Shown here: positions 18,192 to 27,613 of the stretch, one piece after another
How positions within the stretch are numbered: position 1 is the first letter of the stretch
Layout of the letters: the number at the start of each line of letters is the position of its first letter
From: Planctomycetota bacterium
GTDB taxonomy: Bacteria > Planctomycetota > UBA1135 > UBA2386
DNA length: 64,000 nucleotides
Direction of reading: 5' to 3'
Assembly: GCA_947444055.1 (NCBI GenBank)
Contig: CANEYR010000005.1
Coordinates: 20,697-84,696, forward strand
The notes under the pieces: model-generated
The model's database searches: none
Told to the model about the DNA's origin: nothing
The model's input: the letters and a program-made list of their open reading frames with translations, nothing else
Made by a program: the position numbers and the translations under genes

Positions 18192-19816
18192 TCGGCCCGC
18201 TGCTGTGGTGCCTGGTAGCACCGCTGCTGTTGGCGGCGGTGTGCCTGCTGCTGCGCTCGGCTGTGTGGCCACGCTGGTTGGCGTTGGCCGGCAGCCTGTT
18301 GACGCTGGCGATCGGTGGCTACGCGCTGCTCGACTTTGCGCAGCACCCGGGCGCTGACTTCCGTCTCCAGCAATCGTTGGCGTGGAGCCCGGACTTCGGC
18401 GCCAACCTCGCGGTCGGCGTTGACGGCATGGGGGCAGCGATGCTGTTCTTGTCGGGCCTCGTCACCGCGATGGCGACGATCGTCGCGTGGCGGCACGAAC
18501 GCAGCCCCGGCACCTACCACGCCCTGGTGCTGCTGTTGCTGGCGGCGATGAACGGCGTGTTCGTGGCGCTCGATCTGTTGGTCTTCTACGTGTCGTGGGA
18601 AGCCGTGCTGCTGCCGATGCTGCCGTTGGTCGGCGTGTTCGGCGGTCCGCAGCGACGCTACGCCGCGCTCAAGTTCTTCGCCTACACGTTGGCTGGCAGC
18701 GTCACCATGCTGGCGATGTTGCTCGCCCTGTGGAGTGTGACGCCGGCGGCAGGGCGCAGCGTGCTGGTGCCCGCCAGCACGATCGCGGCCTACAGCATCG
18801 ACGGCGGCGCCACCTTGCATGGCCTGCCGGTGCTGCGCACGGCCGACAGCCCGATTGCCACCGTGCACGTGCCGCGCGGCTTCGACCTGCGCCACCTCGC
18901 CCTGCAAGCGAACGCCTGGGCCGACGCGCGCTTCCTCGGTTGGTCGCTGGCGGCGTTCGGCTTCTTGGCGGTCTTGCTAGCGTGCCTGGTGAAGGTGCCG
19001 GCGGTGCCGCTGCACACGTGGCTGCCGCATGCCCACGTGCAGGCGCCAACTGCGGTGTCGGTGCTGTTGGCCGGGGTGTTGCTCAAGCTCGGCGTCTACG
19101 GCCTCTACCGCGTCGCCTGGCCGCTGTTCCCGAGCCAGGCGATCGAATGGGCGCCGACGCTCGGCGTGATCGCCCTCGTCGGCATCTTGTGGGGTGCGTA
19201 CGCGGCGCTGGGGCAGCGCGACCTCAAGCGGCTGGTCGCCTATTCGTCGGTCTCGCACATGGGCTTCTGCCTGCTCGGACTCGCCAGCATGACCGCCGTC
19301 GGCGCCATCGGCGGCTTGGTGCAAGCGGTGACGCACGGCTTGTCGTCGTCGCTGCTCTTCGTGTTGGTCGGCGTGGTCTACGACCGCGCGCACCATCGCG
19401 ACGTCGCCGGCTTTGGTGGTCTGATGCGACCGATGCCGCGGTTCGCGTGGCTGTTGCTGGTGGCGGCGCTCGCTGGTGCAGGCTTGCCGGGGCTCGCGGG
19501 CTTCGTCGGCGAACTGCTCGCCTTGCTCGGCGCCTTCACCGCCAAAGGCTCGTTCCCGTGGCTCGCTGCGATCGCCACGCTGTCGGTGGTGTTGTCGGCG
19601 GCCTACATGCTGTGGACGGTGAAGCGCGTCGCCTTCGGACCGCTGCGCCATGCCGAGCACGCGACGTTCCCCGACTGCGATCGCCGCGAACTTGCGGCCA
19701 TGCTGCCGCTCGTGGTGTTGTTGGTGGTGCTCGGCTGTTGGCCTGCACCGCTGGTCAATGCGCTGCGGCCCGCGTGTGAAGCGCTGCTGATGCATGTGCA
19801 AGGAGCGTTGCGATGA
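18188..19816 (+). CDS. nuoM: NADH-quinone oxidoreductase subunit M
   Basis: FYVSWE, KVP.VPLHTWLP.AHVQAPT, LLKLG, AYSSVSHMG, GFVGE. Confidence 0.95.
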   Translation: MIGPLLWCLVAPLLLAAVCLLLRSAVWPRWLALAGSLLTLAIGGYALLDFAQHPGADFRLQQSLAWSPDFGANLAVGVDGMGAAMLFLSGLVTAMATIVAWRHERSPGTYHALVLLLLAAMNGVFVALDLLVFYVSWEAVLLPMLPLVGVFGGPQRRYAALKFFAYTLAGSVTMLAMLLALWSVTPAAGRSVLVPASTIAAYSIDGGATLHGLPVLRTADSPIATVHVPRGFDLRHLALQANAWADARFLGWSLAAFGFLAVLLACLVKVPAVPLHTWLPHAHVQAPTAVSVLLAGVLLKLGVYGLYRVAWPLFPSQAIEWAPTLGVIALVGILWGAYAALGQRDLKRLVAYSSVSHMGFCLLGLASMTAVGAIGGLVQAVTHGLSSSLLFVLVGVVYDRAHHRDVAGFGGLMRPMPRFAWLLLVAALAGAGLPGLAGFVGELLALLGAFTAKGSFPWLAAIATLSVVLSAAYMLWTVKRVAFGPLRHAEHATFPDCDRRELAAMLPLVVLLVVLGCWPAPLVNALRPACEALLMHVQGALR

Positions 19817-21270
19817 GCCTCGCTGCCGCGACCACGGACTTCTCGCTCTTGCGCCCAGAAGCAGCACTCGCTGCCGGTCTGTGCGCCATTCTCGCTGCCG
19901 ATCTGTTGCCTGGCAGCCGCACGCGCAACATCACGCCTTGGCTTGGCCTGCTCGCCTGCGCACTTGCTTTCACGTTCAGCCTCGCTGCACCGACCGGGAA
20001 CGTCGGCTCGATGCTGGCGATCGACGGTCTCACCAACCTGGCGCGCTGCCTCATCCTGGCCTGCACCGCCGCTGTGTTGCTCGCTGGGGCGGGGGAACGG
20101 CGAGCGCGCACCGACCAGGGCGCTTGGTCGGTGTCGGTGCTCGCGATCGGCCTTGGCGCTCTGCTCACCGCCGCCGCCGCCAACTTCGTGCCGCTGTGGC
20201 TCGGGCTCGAACTGATCGGTCTCGCCAGCTACACGCTCGTGGCCTTCCGGGGCGGCCATCGGCTGGCCGCTGAAGCGGGCATGAAGTTCGTGCTGTTCGG
20301 CGGCGCGGCTAGCGGCCTGATGCTGTTCGGCATCAGCCACATCTTTGGCATTACCGGTCATCTCGACTTCGTCGGCATCGGGGCGGCGGTCGCCACGGGC
20401 ATGCCGGTGCCGGTTGTCGTCGCCCTCGCCTTCGCCAGCATCGGCATCGCCTACAAGCTGACGCTGGTGCCGTTCCACTTCTATTCCCCGGACGTCTACC
20501 AAGGGGCACCGGCGCTCAGTGTCGCGGTGGTGTCGACCGTGCCGAAGATCGCGGCCGTCGCCGCCCTCGTGCGCGGCCTGCAGTTGGCTGTGCCGACGTC
20601 CTTCGTGGCGACCTCTGCCGTGGCGACTGCGCTGGCGACGGCGAGCGCCATCAGCGTGCTCACAGCCGCGTTCCTCGCCGTGGCCCAACGCGATGCCAAA
20701 CGCATCCTCGCCTTCAGCGGCATTGGCCATGGCGCCATCGTCTTGCTCGCGATCGCGTGCTTGCCTGGCGACGACGCGACCGCGGCGGCGGGTTACTACC
20801 TGCTGACCTACGCGCCGGCCAACCTCGGGGCGTGGCTGTGCTTGTCGATCCTCGAACGCGATCACGCTTCGTGCGAACTCACGGCCCTAGCGGGAGCTGG
20901 CAGTCGTCGCCCGGTGGTGACGGCGCTGTTGTGCGTCTTCTTGTTCAGCCTAGCTGGGGTGCCGCCGCTGGCCGGTTTCCTCGGCAAATGGGGTGTGCTG
21001 CAGCAGGCGTTCGCGCATGGCTTGGCGGCGGACGGCACGACCGCCCTGGTGGTCGCCGCGTTGATCACGGTGTTGGCGACCGCCGTCGCCGCGTGGTCGT
21101 ACTTGCTGATTGTGCGCGCCGTCTTGCTGGCGGACGCGCCGCCGACGAACGGCAAGCCGCTGCTCGCGGTGGCGCGGCCGTCCGTCGTCGTGCTCGCCGT
21201 CTGCACAGCCGCGGTGCTGTGGTTGGGACTGTGGCTCGCTGGGCTGCCAGCGATCGCGCGCGCGCTCTGA
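19813..21270 (+). CDS. nuoN: NADH-quinone oxidoreductase subunit N
   Basis: LELIGLASY, EAGMKF, PFHFYSPDVYQGAP, SLAGVPPLAGFLGK. Confidence 0.95.
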   Translation: MSLAAATTDFSLLRPEAALAAGLCAILAADLLPGSRTRNITPWLGLLACALAFTFSLAAPTGNVGSMLAIDGLTNLARCLILACTAAVLLAGAGERRARTDQGAWSVSVLAIGLGALLTAAAANFVPLWLGLELIGLASYTLVAFRGGHRLAAEAGMKFVLFGGAASGLMLFGISHIFGITGHLDFVGIGAAVATGMPVPVVVALAFASIGIAYKLTLVPFHFYSPDVYQGAPALSVAVVSTVPKIAAVAALVRGLQLAVPTSFVATSAVATALATASAISVLTAAFLAVAQRDAKRILAFSGIGHGAIVLLAIACLPGDDATAAAGYYLLTYAPANLGAWLCLSILERDHASCELTALAGAGSRRPVVTALLCVFLFSLAGVPPLAGFLGKWGVLQQAFAHGLAADGTTALVVAALITVLATAVAAWSYLLIVRAVLLADAPPTNGKPLLAVARPSVVVLAVCTAAVLWLGLWLAGLPAIARAL

Positions 21271-21285
21271 CGCCGCCCGCGAACG

Positions 21286-21525
21286 TCAGCTCTCGGGTCC
21301 TTCGTAACAGCGGCGGCCGGGCTGGCAGTCCTTCGGGTGCACGATCTCATCGTCGGGCCCGACACAGTTGCAGGTGCGCGCGCACCAGTAGTAGCCATCG
21401 CCGGGCCACTGGCGATTGTCGTAGACGCGTTCGCCCAGCGAATGCGTCAGCAGATGCTTCATCAGCATCGAGGGGCACAGGTTCTTGGGCACCAGATCGG
21501 CGTGCGTCGTGATCTTCTCGTTCAT
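21286..21525 (-). CDS. Small Cys-rich protein (79 aa), last gene of the molybdoenzyme operon
   Basis: ATG at 21525 with RBS gaggt, 5 nt after the FAD-subunit stop; MNEKITTHADLVPKNLCPSMLMK...YYWCARTCNCVGPDDEIVHPKDCQPGRRCYEGPES. Confidence 0.75.
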   Translation of the reverse strand: MNEKITTHADLVPKNLCPSMLMKHLLTHSLGERVYDNRQWPGDGYYWCARTCNCVGPDDEIVHPKDCQPGRRCYEGPES

Positions 21526-21530
21526 GGCAG

Positions 21531-22514
21531 TTACCTCACAGCCTCGTCCAGTGCCTGCCGCACGATCGCCTTGCCGATCGTCAGCTTGTAATCGTTGTGC
21601 GCGAGCGGTGAGGCGCCCGCGTAGGCCATCTCCGCGACCTTGGCGAACAGTGCCGCCGACGGCTTCTGACCAACCAACAGGGCGCTGGCCTTTTCGCGCG
21701 GCAGCGGCACCGGGGCGACGGCACCGAGCACCAGGTTGGCCGCCGTGATGACGCCGCCCGCGAGCACGAGGCGCACCGCACACGCCGTCGTCGCCCAGTC
21801 GAACGTCAGTTTCTCGCGGCTCTCGCAGTAGGCCGAGCGCGTGCCAGCGGGCTGCGCAGGAACGTGGATCGCGGTGACGATTTCACCGGCTTCCAGCGTG
21901 TGCTCGGGGTTCTGTGCGCGCGGATCGGCGGGGAACAGTTCGCTGAACTTGCGCCGCCGCACTTTGTCGCCAAGTCGCGTCGAGTACTCAGCGTCGAGAG
22001 CGAGCAGCGGCGGGGCGAGGTTGCTCGGATGCACGCGCACGCAGTCCGACCAGCCGAGCACGCTGTGGTAGCGGTTCTCGCCGGTCATCGCCAAACACGT
22101 GGGGCCGCGGCCGCCGTGCAGGCAATGGAACGCTTCGCTGCGCACATACCAGCAGCGGGTGAACTGCAGGATGTTGCCGGCGACGGTGGCGCGGTTGCGC
22201 ACTTGCGGGGTCGCCGTCATGCCGGTCGCGAGGCGCAGGCCATCGAAGGCCGGTGCGGCGAGCGCTTGGTGTTGTTCGAGCTGCGTCAGCGTGGTCAACG
22301 CTCCGATGCGCAGTTCGCCGTTGGCTTCGACCGCGACGCCGGCCAGCTCGTCCTTCAACGGCAGCAGGTTGACGATCTGCTCGGGCGTCTGCAGCCGTTC
22401 CTTCATGCGATCGATCAGGTCGATGCCAGCTCCCTTCAGCAGAGTGTTCGGCTTCTGGCTGGCTTCGCACGCTTCTGCGAGCGACTGCGGCACGACGTAG
22501 GTGAATGGCTTCAT
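21531..22514 (-). CDS. Xanthine dehydrogenase family FAD-binding subunit (PaoB/YagS-like)
   Basis: GAGIDL, ATPQVRNRATVAGN; Cys-containing insert (RCWY...C...C...CVRVHPS) as in PaoB. Confidence 0.9.
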   Translation of the reverse strand: MKPFTYVVPQSLAEACEASQKPNTLLKGAGIDLIDRMKERLQTPEQIVNLLPLKDELAGVAVEANGELRIGALTTLTQLEQHQALAAPAFDGLRLATGMTATPQVRNRATVAGNILQFTRCWYVRSEAFHCLHGGRGPTCLAMTGENRYHSVLGWSDCVRVHPSNLAPPLLALDAEYSTRLGDKVRRRKFSELFPADPRAQNPEHTLEAGEIVTAIHVPAQPAGTRSAYCESREKLTFDWATTACAVRLVLAGGVITAANLVLGAVAPVPLPREKASALLVGQKPSAALFAKVAEMAYAGASPLAHNDYKLTIGKAIVRQALDEAVR

Positions 22515-22518
22515 CGGA

Positions 22519-24828
22519 TCATCCCTTCCTGGCGGCTAGTGCGCGGTGAACCTTGTCTGGCGTCATGGGCAAATGGCGAACGGGCGCGCCGAGCGCGTGG
22601 AACACGGCATTGGCGATGGCGGCTGCCGACGCAACCGATGGCGGCTCGCCGAGTCCTGCGGCGCCGACGCTGTCGTGGCCGTTCGCGATCGAATGCAGGT
22701 GGCACTCGAGCTGCGGCAGATCCTGACTGCCGGTGATCTTGTAGCGCAGGAAGTCGCCGTTCAGCATGCGCCCGCTGCGCTTGTCCATGATGCGTTGCTC
22801 ATGCAGCGCGTAGCTGACGCCTTGGATCATGGCGCCGAGCACTTGGCTCTCGGCGAGCTTCTTCGCGATGACGAGGCCGCAGTCTTGGATGCCGAACATG
22901 CGCGTCACTTGCACGAGCCCGGTCCAGGTGTCGATCTTGACCTCGGCCATTTGCACGCCGCATTGGCTGCCGTGGAACGGCTTGCCGTCGTAGTTGGCGA
23001 AGCGCTGGCCGCGCACGTCGATGGGGTTTGGGCCGATCAGCTTGCAGGCTTGCTCCCACGCCAACTGGCCTTGGCCAGCACCGATCTTGCCGCCCTTGCA
23101 GACGACGTCGGCGGTGGGCACGCCGAGGTGCTTGGCGACGAGTTCCACCAACTGCTGTTTCGCCAAGAGCGCGGCGTGGCGAACGGCTGGCGCAATGCTC
23201 GGTGTCAGGGTGCTGCCACCGGAAGCTGGCCCCGACGGGTCGCTGGTGTGGCCGGTCGTCGCCTTCACGAGCCGCGGTTCGATGCCGAGTTCTTCGGCGG
23301 TGAGCATCGCCATCACGGTCTTGGTGCCAACCCCGATGTCCTGGGCGCCACTGCGCGACTCGACGGTGCCGTCTTGGTGGATGCGGCAGGTGATGCCGTG
23401 TGGGGGTCGACCGGGGTTGCCGAGTTGGCCCCAGCGGGCACTGCTAAGGCCCACGCCCATGACGAAGCGAGCACCGGGCTCGTTCTGGCGGGCGCGCCCG
23501 GCGGCCCAACCAAACTTGTGCGCCGCGAACCGCCACTGGTCTTGGCGAATCATCTCGCGGTCGTTCTGCAGACGGAATTCGAGCGGGTCGATGCCCGCCT
23601 TGGCCGCCAGTTCATCGAGGAACAGCTCGGCGCCAAACCAACCCTGTGGGTGGCCCGGGGCGCGCATCGGCCGCGGCGGGTCGGTGTCGGCGGCCAGGTC
23701 CTTGTGGTCGCGCCGCACTTTGGCGTCCGCGGTGTAGTAGTTGGGAACGGCGACGCTGCCGCCGTTGCCGGAAAAGCCGCAGTGACCAAAGCTGCGCCAA
23801 TCCCAGGCGATGATCTTGCCCTTGGCGTCGACGCCGGCCCGCGCCTGCATCAACGCCCCCGGCCGATTGCCGGTGGTGGTGTGCTCTTCGAAGCGATCGA
23901 GCATCAGCTTGACCGGCGCCTTGGCCGCGTGCGCCAGCAGGCACACCGCCAGCCCTTCGACGCCCGCCGTCAACTTGCTGCCGAAACCACCGCCGACGAA
24001 CTCGGCGTGTAGCGTCACCGAGCCAGCGTCGATGCCCTTGCCCTGCAGTGCGCGTGCGAGTTCGCCGCGGCAGCCGAAGGTCGCCTGCGTCGACAGCCAG
24101 ATGTCCAGGTCGTTGCCGGTCCATTTGGCGACCCCGCCGTGGGTCTCCAGCGAGCTGTGGGTCTGCACTTCGACGCGGTAGGTCGCGTTGTGCGTCACCG
24201 CCGCCTCGGCGAGGGCGGTGGTGATCTCGGCGTTCTCGGGCCAATCGTCCTCGACCTCGCCGGTGGCCGAAAGCGCGGGCGCGTTGTCGGCGACCACATA
24301 GTCGACGTTGTGTTCTTCGACTTCGAGCTGGGCGCGGATCTTCTCGATCGCATCGCGCACGAGGTTGAGGTTTTGACCAGCCACTGCGGCGAGGCCGTCG
24401 CCAACGAAGCGCACCTTGGCGCCGAGGTCCTTCAAGGCGATGACGGCGGCGATGCCGGGCATGCTCTTCGCCTCTTCGAGTTCGAGGCCGGTCAGCTTGC
24501 CCTTCGCCACCTTGCTGCGCAGCACCATCGCGTGCAGCAGGCCTGGGAACGTCATGTCGTACGAATACTTGGCGCGGCCAGTGGCCTTGGCCAGGCCGTC
24601 GACGCGGTCGACATCGGTGCCGACCGTCGTGAACTTGGTGTTGGCGTCCCACGGCGGCGCGTCGCCTGCCGTCGGCTGGACCGTGCGCGTCTCAAAGCGG
24701 TCGGCCAGCCCCGGCACGGCCTGGCCGCCCGGTGCATTCGCGTCGCCCGGTGCGAGGTGGTCACCCAGTGACCTGTAACCCATCTTGATCTCGACCCCGT
24801 CGAGAGCCGGCTTGTGCTCGTGGCTCAC
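22519..24828 (-). CDS. Xanthine dehydrogenase family molybdopterin-binding subunit (PaoC/YagR-like)
   Basis: RVDGLAKATG, VGGGFGSK, MRAPG, QDIGVG, SGGS, GLGEP; GTG start overlapping upstream stop with ggagg RBS. Confidence 0.92.
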   Translation of the reverse strand: MSHEHKPALDGVEIKMGYRSLGDHLAPGDANAPGGQAVPGLADRFETRTVQPTAGDAPPWDANTKFTTVGTDVDRVDGLAKATGRAKYSYDMTFPGLLHAMVLRSKVAKGKLTGLELEEAKSMPGIAAVIALKDLGAKVRFVGDGLAAVAGQNLNLVRDAIEKIRAQLEVEEHNVDYVVADNAPALSATGEVEDDWPENAEITTALAEAAVTHNATYRVEVQTHSSLETHGGVAKWTGNDLDIWLSTQATFGCRGELARALQGKGIDAGSVTLHAEFVGGGFGSKLTAGVEGLAVCLLAHAAKAPVKLMLDRFEEHTTTGNRPGALMQARAGVDAKGKIIAWDWRSFGHCGFSGNGGSVAVPNYYTADAKVRRDHKDLAADTDPPRPMRAPGHPQGWFGAELFLDELAAKAGIDPLEFRLQNDREMIRQDQWRFAAHKFGWAAGRARQNEPGARFVMGVGLSSARWGQLGNPGRPPHGITCRIHQDGTVESRSGAQDIGVGTKTVMAMLTAEELGIEPRLVKATTGHTSDPSGPASGGSTLTPSIAPAVRHAALLAKQQLVELVAKHLGVPTADVVCKGGKIGAGQGQLAWEQACKLIGPNPIDVRGQRFANYDGKPFHGSQCGVQMAEVKIDTWTGLVQVTRMFGIQDCGLVIAKKLAESQVLGAMIQGVSYALHEQRIMDKRSGRMLNGDFLRYKITGSQDLPQLECHLHSIANGHDSVGAAGLGEPPSVASAAAIANAVFHALGAPVRHLPMTPDKVHRALAARKG

Positions 24829-25430
24829 TTGCCACCTCCTACCGCTGTGCGTTGGATCGCTTCCATCACGCGGCCGTAGGTGCCGCAGCGGCACAGGTTG
24901 CCGGACAGGTCATGGCGCATCTGGGCGTCCGTCGGTTTGCCGCGCTTTTGCAAGCACGCCAACGAGCTCATCACCATGCCCGGGGTGCAGAAGCCGCATT
25001 GCATGGCGTCGCAATGCACAAAGTTCTGCACCAGCGGGTGCACCTTGTCGCCGTCGCTGAGGCTCTCGACGGTCTGCAGTTCGTGGCCGACGGCGTCCAT
25101 TGCCAGGGTCAGGCACGAGGTGATCGTCTCGCCATCGAGCAGCATGGTGCAGCCACCGCAAGCGCCGCGGTCGCAGATCTTCTTGGCGCCGGTGAGGTCG
25201 AGGCCGTCGCGCACGGCATCGAGCAGCGTCGTGCGCGTCTCGACCTTGACCTTGCGTTCTTTGCCGTTGACGAGCAGCACAATCTCGTGCTCGCCGGGGC
25301 CGAAGCTGGCAGGTTTGCTGGGGGCTGTCGCGTGAGCTGCCGCGGTGATGCCGGTCGTGGCGATGCCGGCGACGGCCGAGCCCTTCAGAAACGAACGGCG
25401 ACTGACGCCGCGATCGGGTGGGACGGTCAT
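24825..25430 (-). CDS. 2x[2Fe-2S] subunit with Tat signal peptide (PaoA/YagT-like)
   Basis: SRRSFLK twin-arginine motif; CDRGACGGC, QCGFCTPG, GNLCRCG. Confidence 0.93.
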   Translation of the reverse strand: MTVPPDRGVSRRSFLKGSAVAGIATTGITAAAHATAPSKPASFGPGEHEIVLLVNGKERKVKVETRTTLLDAVRDGLDLTGAKKICDRGACGGCTMLLDGETITSCLTLAMDAVGHELQTVESLSDGDKVHPLVQNFVHCDAMQCGFCTPGMVMSSLACLQKRGKPTDAQMRHDLSGNLCRCGTYGRVMEAIQRTAVGGGK

Positions 25431-25566
25431 GAGCCTCTGGGCGACGGAGAGAAGAAGGCGCGCAGTCTAGCCAGCGCGCAGTCATCTCGTCCCACAAGCA
25501 AACGGCGCTGCGACAGGATTTCGACGAGTGCATTCCTGCTGCGCGCCGCGCCCCTATCTTGCGTTG

Positions 25567-27609
25567 GTGAAACGCTACGCCGTCAAGGGGCTCCTGCTCG
25601 TCTGCGTTCTCGCCACCGTGCCGGCGCTGCGCGCGCAAGAACCGCTGGCCGGATCGCGACCGAACATTCTGTTCGTCTTCAGCGACGACCACGCCTGCCA
25701 CGCCATCAGCGCCTACGGCTCGCGCCTCAACCAGACGCCGGCCATCGATCGCATCGCGGTGGGTGGCGTGCTGTTCCGTTCCAACTTCTGTGGCAACGCC
25801 CTGTGCGGTCCCTCGCGCGCGACGATCCTCACCGGGTTGCATAGCCATGCGAACGGCTTCTGCCGCAACGGCAATGTCTTCGACAGCAGTCAGGCGACGT
25901 TCCCAAAGCTGCTGCAGCAGGTCGGCTACCAGACCGCACTCGTTGGCAAGTGGCATCTGGAGAGCGAGCCGGTGGGCTTCGACCACTGGATGGTGTTCCC
26001 TGATCAGGGGCAGTACTACAACCCCGAGTTCTTGACCAAGCAGGGCCGCGTGCAGAAGGCAGGCCACGCCACGGACCTGACGACCGCGCTCGCCATCGAA
26101 TGGTTGGAACAGCGCGACCCGAACAAGCCGTTCGTATTGATGTGCCAGCACAAGGCGCCGCATCGCAACTGGCTGCCGGCTGAACCCGACCTCGGCTTGT
26201 TTCGTGATCGCGATCTGCCGGAGCCGGCCACGCTGTTTGACGACTACCGCGGCCGCATCGCCGCGCGCGCGTCGACCGAGATGGAGATCGCGCGGCACCT
26301 GACGCTGCACTACGACCTGATGGTGCCGCCGACCGCTGCCGAAGCGGGCCAACTCGGCGAGCTCGATCGCGCGTGGTCGCAGCAGCGAGCGCGCATGACC
26401 GCAGCGCAACGAACGGCGTGGGATGCGGCGTTCGCGGCCGAAGATGACGCGTTCCGGCGCGAGAACCCGCAGGGCAAGGAACGCGTGCGGTGGATGTACC
26501 AGCGCTACATCAAGAACTACCTGCGTTGCGTCGCGGGCGTCGACCGCAGTGTCGGTGCCTTGCTGGCGTGGTTGGATGCGCACCCTGAAGTGAAGGCCAA
26601 CACGCTGGTCGTGTATGCGAGCGATCAGGGCTTCTTCCTCGGCGACCACGGCTACTACGACAAGCGCTGGATGGACGACGAGTGCCTGCGCATGCCGCTC
26701 GTGATGCAGTGGCCGGGGCACATCGCGGGTGGGCGCGAGATAGCGCAGTTGACGCAGAACATCGACTTCGCGCCGACCTTCCTCGAACTCGCCGGGGTGC
26801 CGCTACCGGCGACGATGCACGGCAAGAGCTTGGTGCCGCTGCTGGAAGGTCGCGACGTCGCTTGGCGCGACGCGGTCTACTACCACTACTACGAGTCGCA
26901 GGCGACGCACCGGGTGCCAGCGATGTACGGGGTGCGCACCGATCGCTACAAACTGGTGCACTACTACGAGCCGCAGTGGCATGCGTACGAGCTGTTCGAC
27001 CTGCAGAAGGACCCCGACGAACTACGTTCCGTCGCGGACGATGCCGCTTACAAGGACGTGCGCGCGCAGCTGACGAAGCGTTTGCAGGCGCTGCGGCAGG
27101 AGTACGGGGATGACACGGGCACGATCGATCCGGCCTTCTCGCTGACGGCGGGCATCACGCGCATGGTGGCGGCGGACGGTGGTGTGCGCGTGTGGGCCAA
27201 TGCCCAAGGCGGCTACATGCTGAAGCCGCTCACGGGCGAGGGCGCGACGACGTTCTCGACGAGCATGCGGTCGTTGGCGGCGCGGCCATTGCGCAATGGT
27301 TTCGTGGTGCTGGCAGCGGGCGACAATCGAGCGGAGTTTGTGCGTGCCGGCATCGAGTTTGGCGCCAAGAAGCTCGTCGTCAGCGGTCCCGCTGGCAGCA
27401 AGTCACGGCGTGACATCGCCATTGAATGGGACGGCAAGGCGGCGATCGAACTCGTCGTCACTGTCAACCTCGCGGCGCATACGCTGGTGGCGACGGCGCA
27501 GGGCCAGCGGGTTGAGCTCGAACTGCCGACGACGTGGCAGAGCGTGACGGCGTGTGGCTTTGGCGCCAGCAACACGGAGACCTGGTTTCAGGATCTGGTG
27601 GTGCGCTGA
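25567..27609 (+). CDS. Secreted formylglycine-dependent (S1) sulfatase with extra C-terminal domain
   Basis: PNILFVFSDDH, CGPSRATILTG (CxPxR), GKWHL, SDQGFFLGDHG..DKR; start approximate (GTG 25567). Confidence 0.93.
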   Translation: MKRYAVKGLLLVCVLATVPALRAQEPLAGSRPNILFVFSDDHACHAISAYGSRLNQTPAIDRIAVGGVLFRSNFCGNALCGPSRATILTGLHSHANGFCRNGNVFDSSQATFPKLLQQVGYQTALVGKWHLESEPVGFDHWMVFPDQGQYYNPEFLTKQGRVQKAGHATDLTTALAIEWLEQRDPNKPFVLMCQHKAPHRNWLPAEPDLGLFRDRDLPEPATLFDDYRGRIAARASTEMEIARHLTLHYDLMVPPTAAEAGQLGELDRAWSQQRARMTAAQRTAWDAAFAAEDDAFRRENPQGKERVRWMYQRYIKNYLRCVAGVDRSVGALLAWLDAHPEVKANTLVVYASDQGFFLGDHGYYDKRWMDDECLRMPLVMQWPGHIAGGREIAQLTQNIDFAPTFLELAGVPLPATMHGKSLVPLLEGRDVAWRDAVYYHYYESQATHRVPAMYGVRTDRYKLVHYYEPQWHAYELFDLQKDPDELRSVADDAAYKDVRAQLTKRLQALRQEYGDDTGTIDPAFSLTAGITRMVAADGGVRVWANAQGGYMLKPLTGEGATTFSTSMRSLAARPLRNGFVVLAAGDNRAEFVRAGIEFGAKKLVVSGPAGSKSRRDIAIEWDGKAAIELVVTVNLAAHTLVATAQGQRVELELPTTWQSVTACGFGASNTETWFQDLVVR

Positions 27610-27613
27610 CCGT

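Noticed and set aside
21531-25430. Molybdoenzyme as the direct electron-input module of the adjacent complex I
   Set aside because: Opposite strand, and the Tat signal implies an extracytoplasmic location, away from the NuoBCDI arm.
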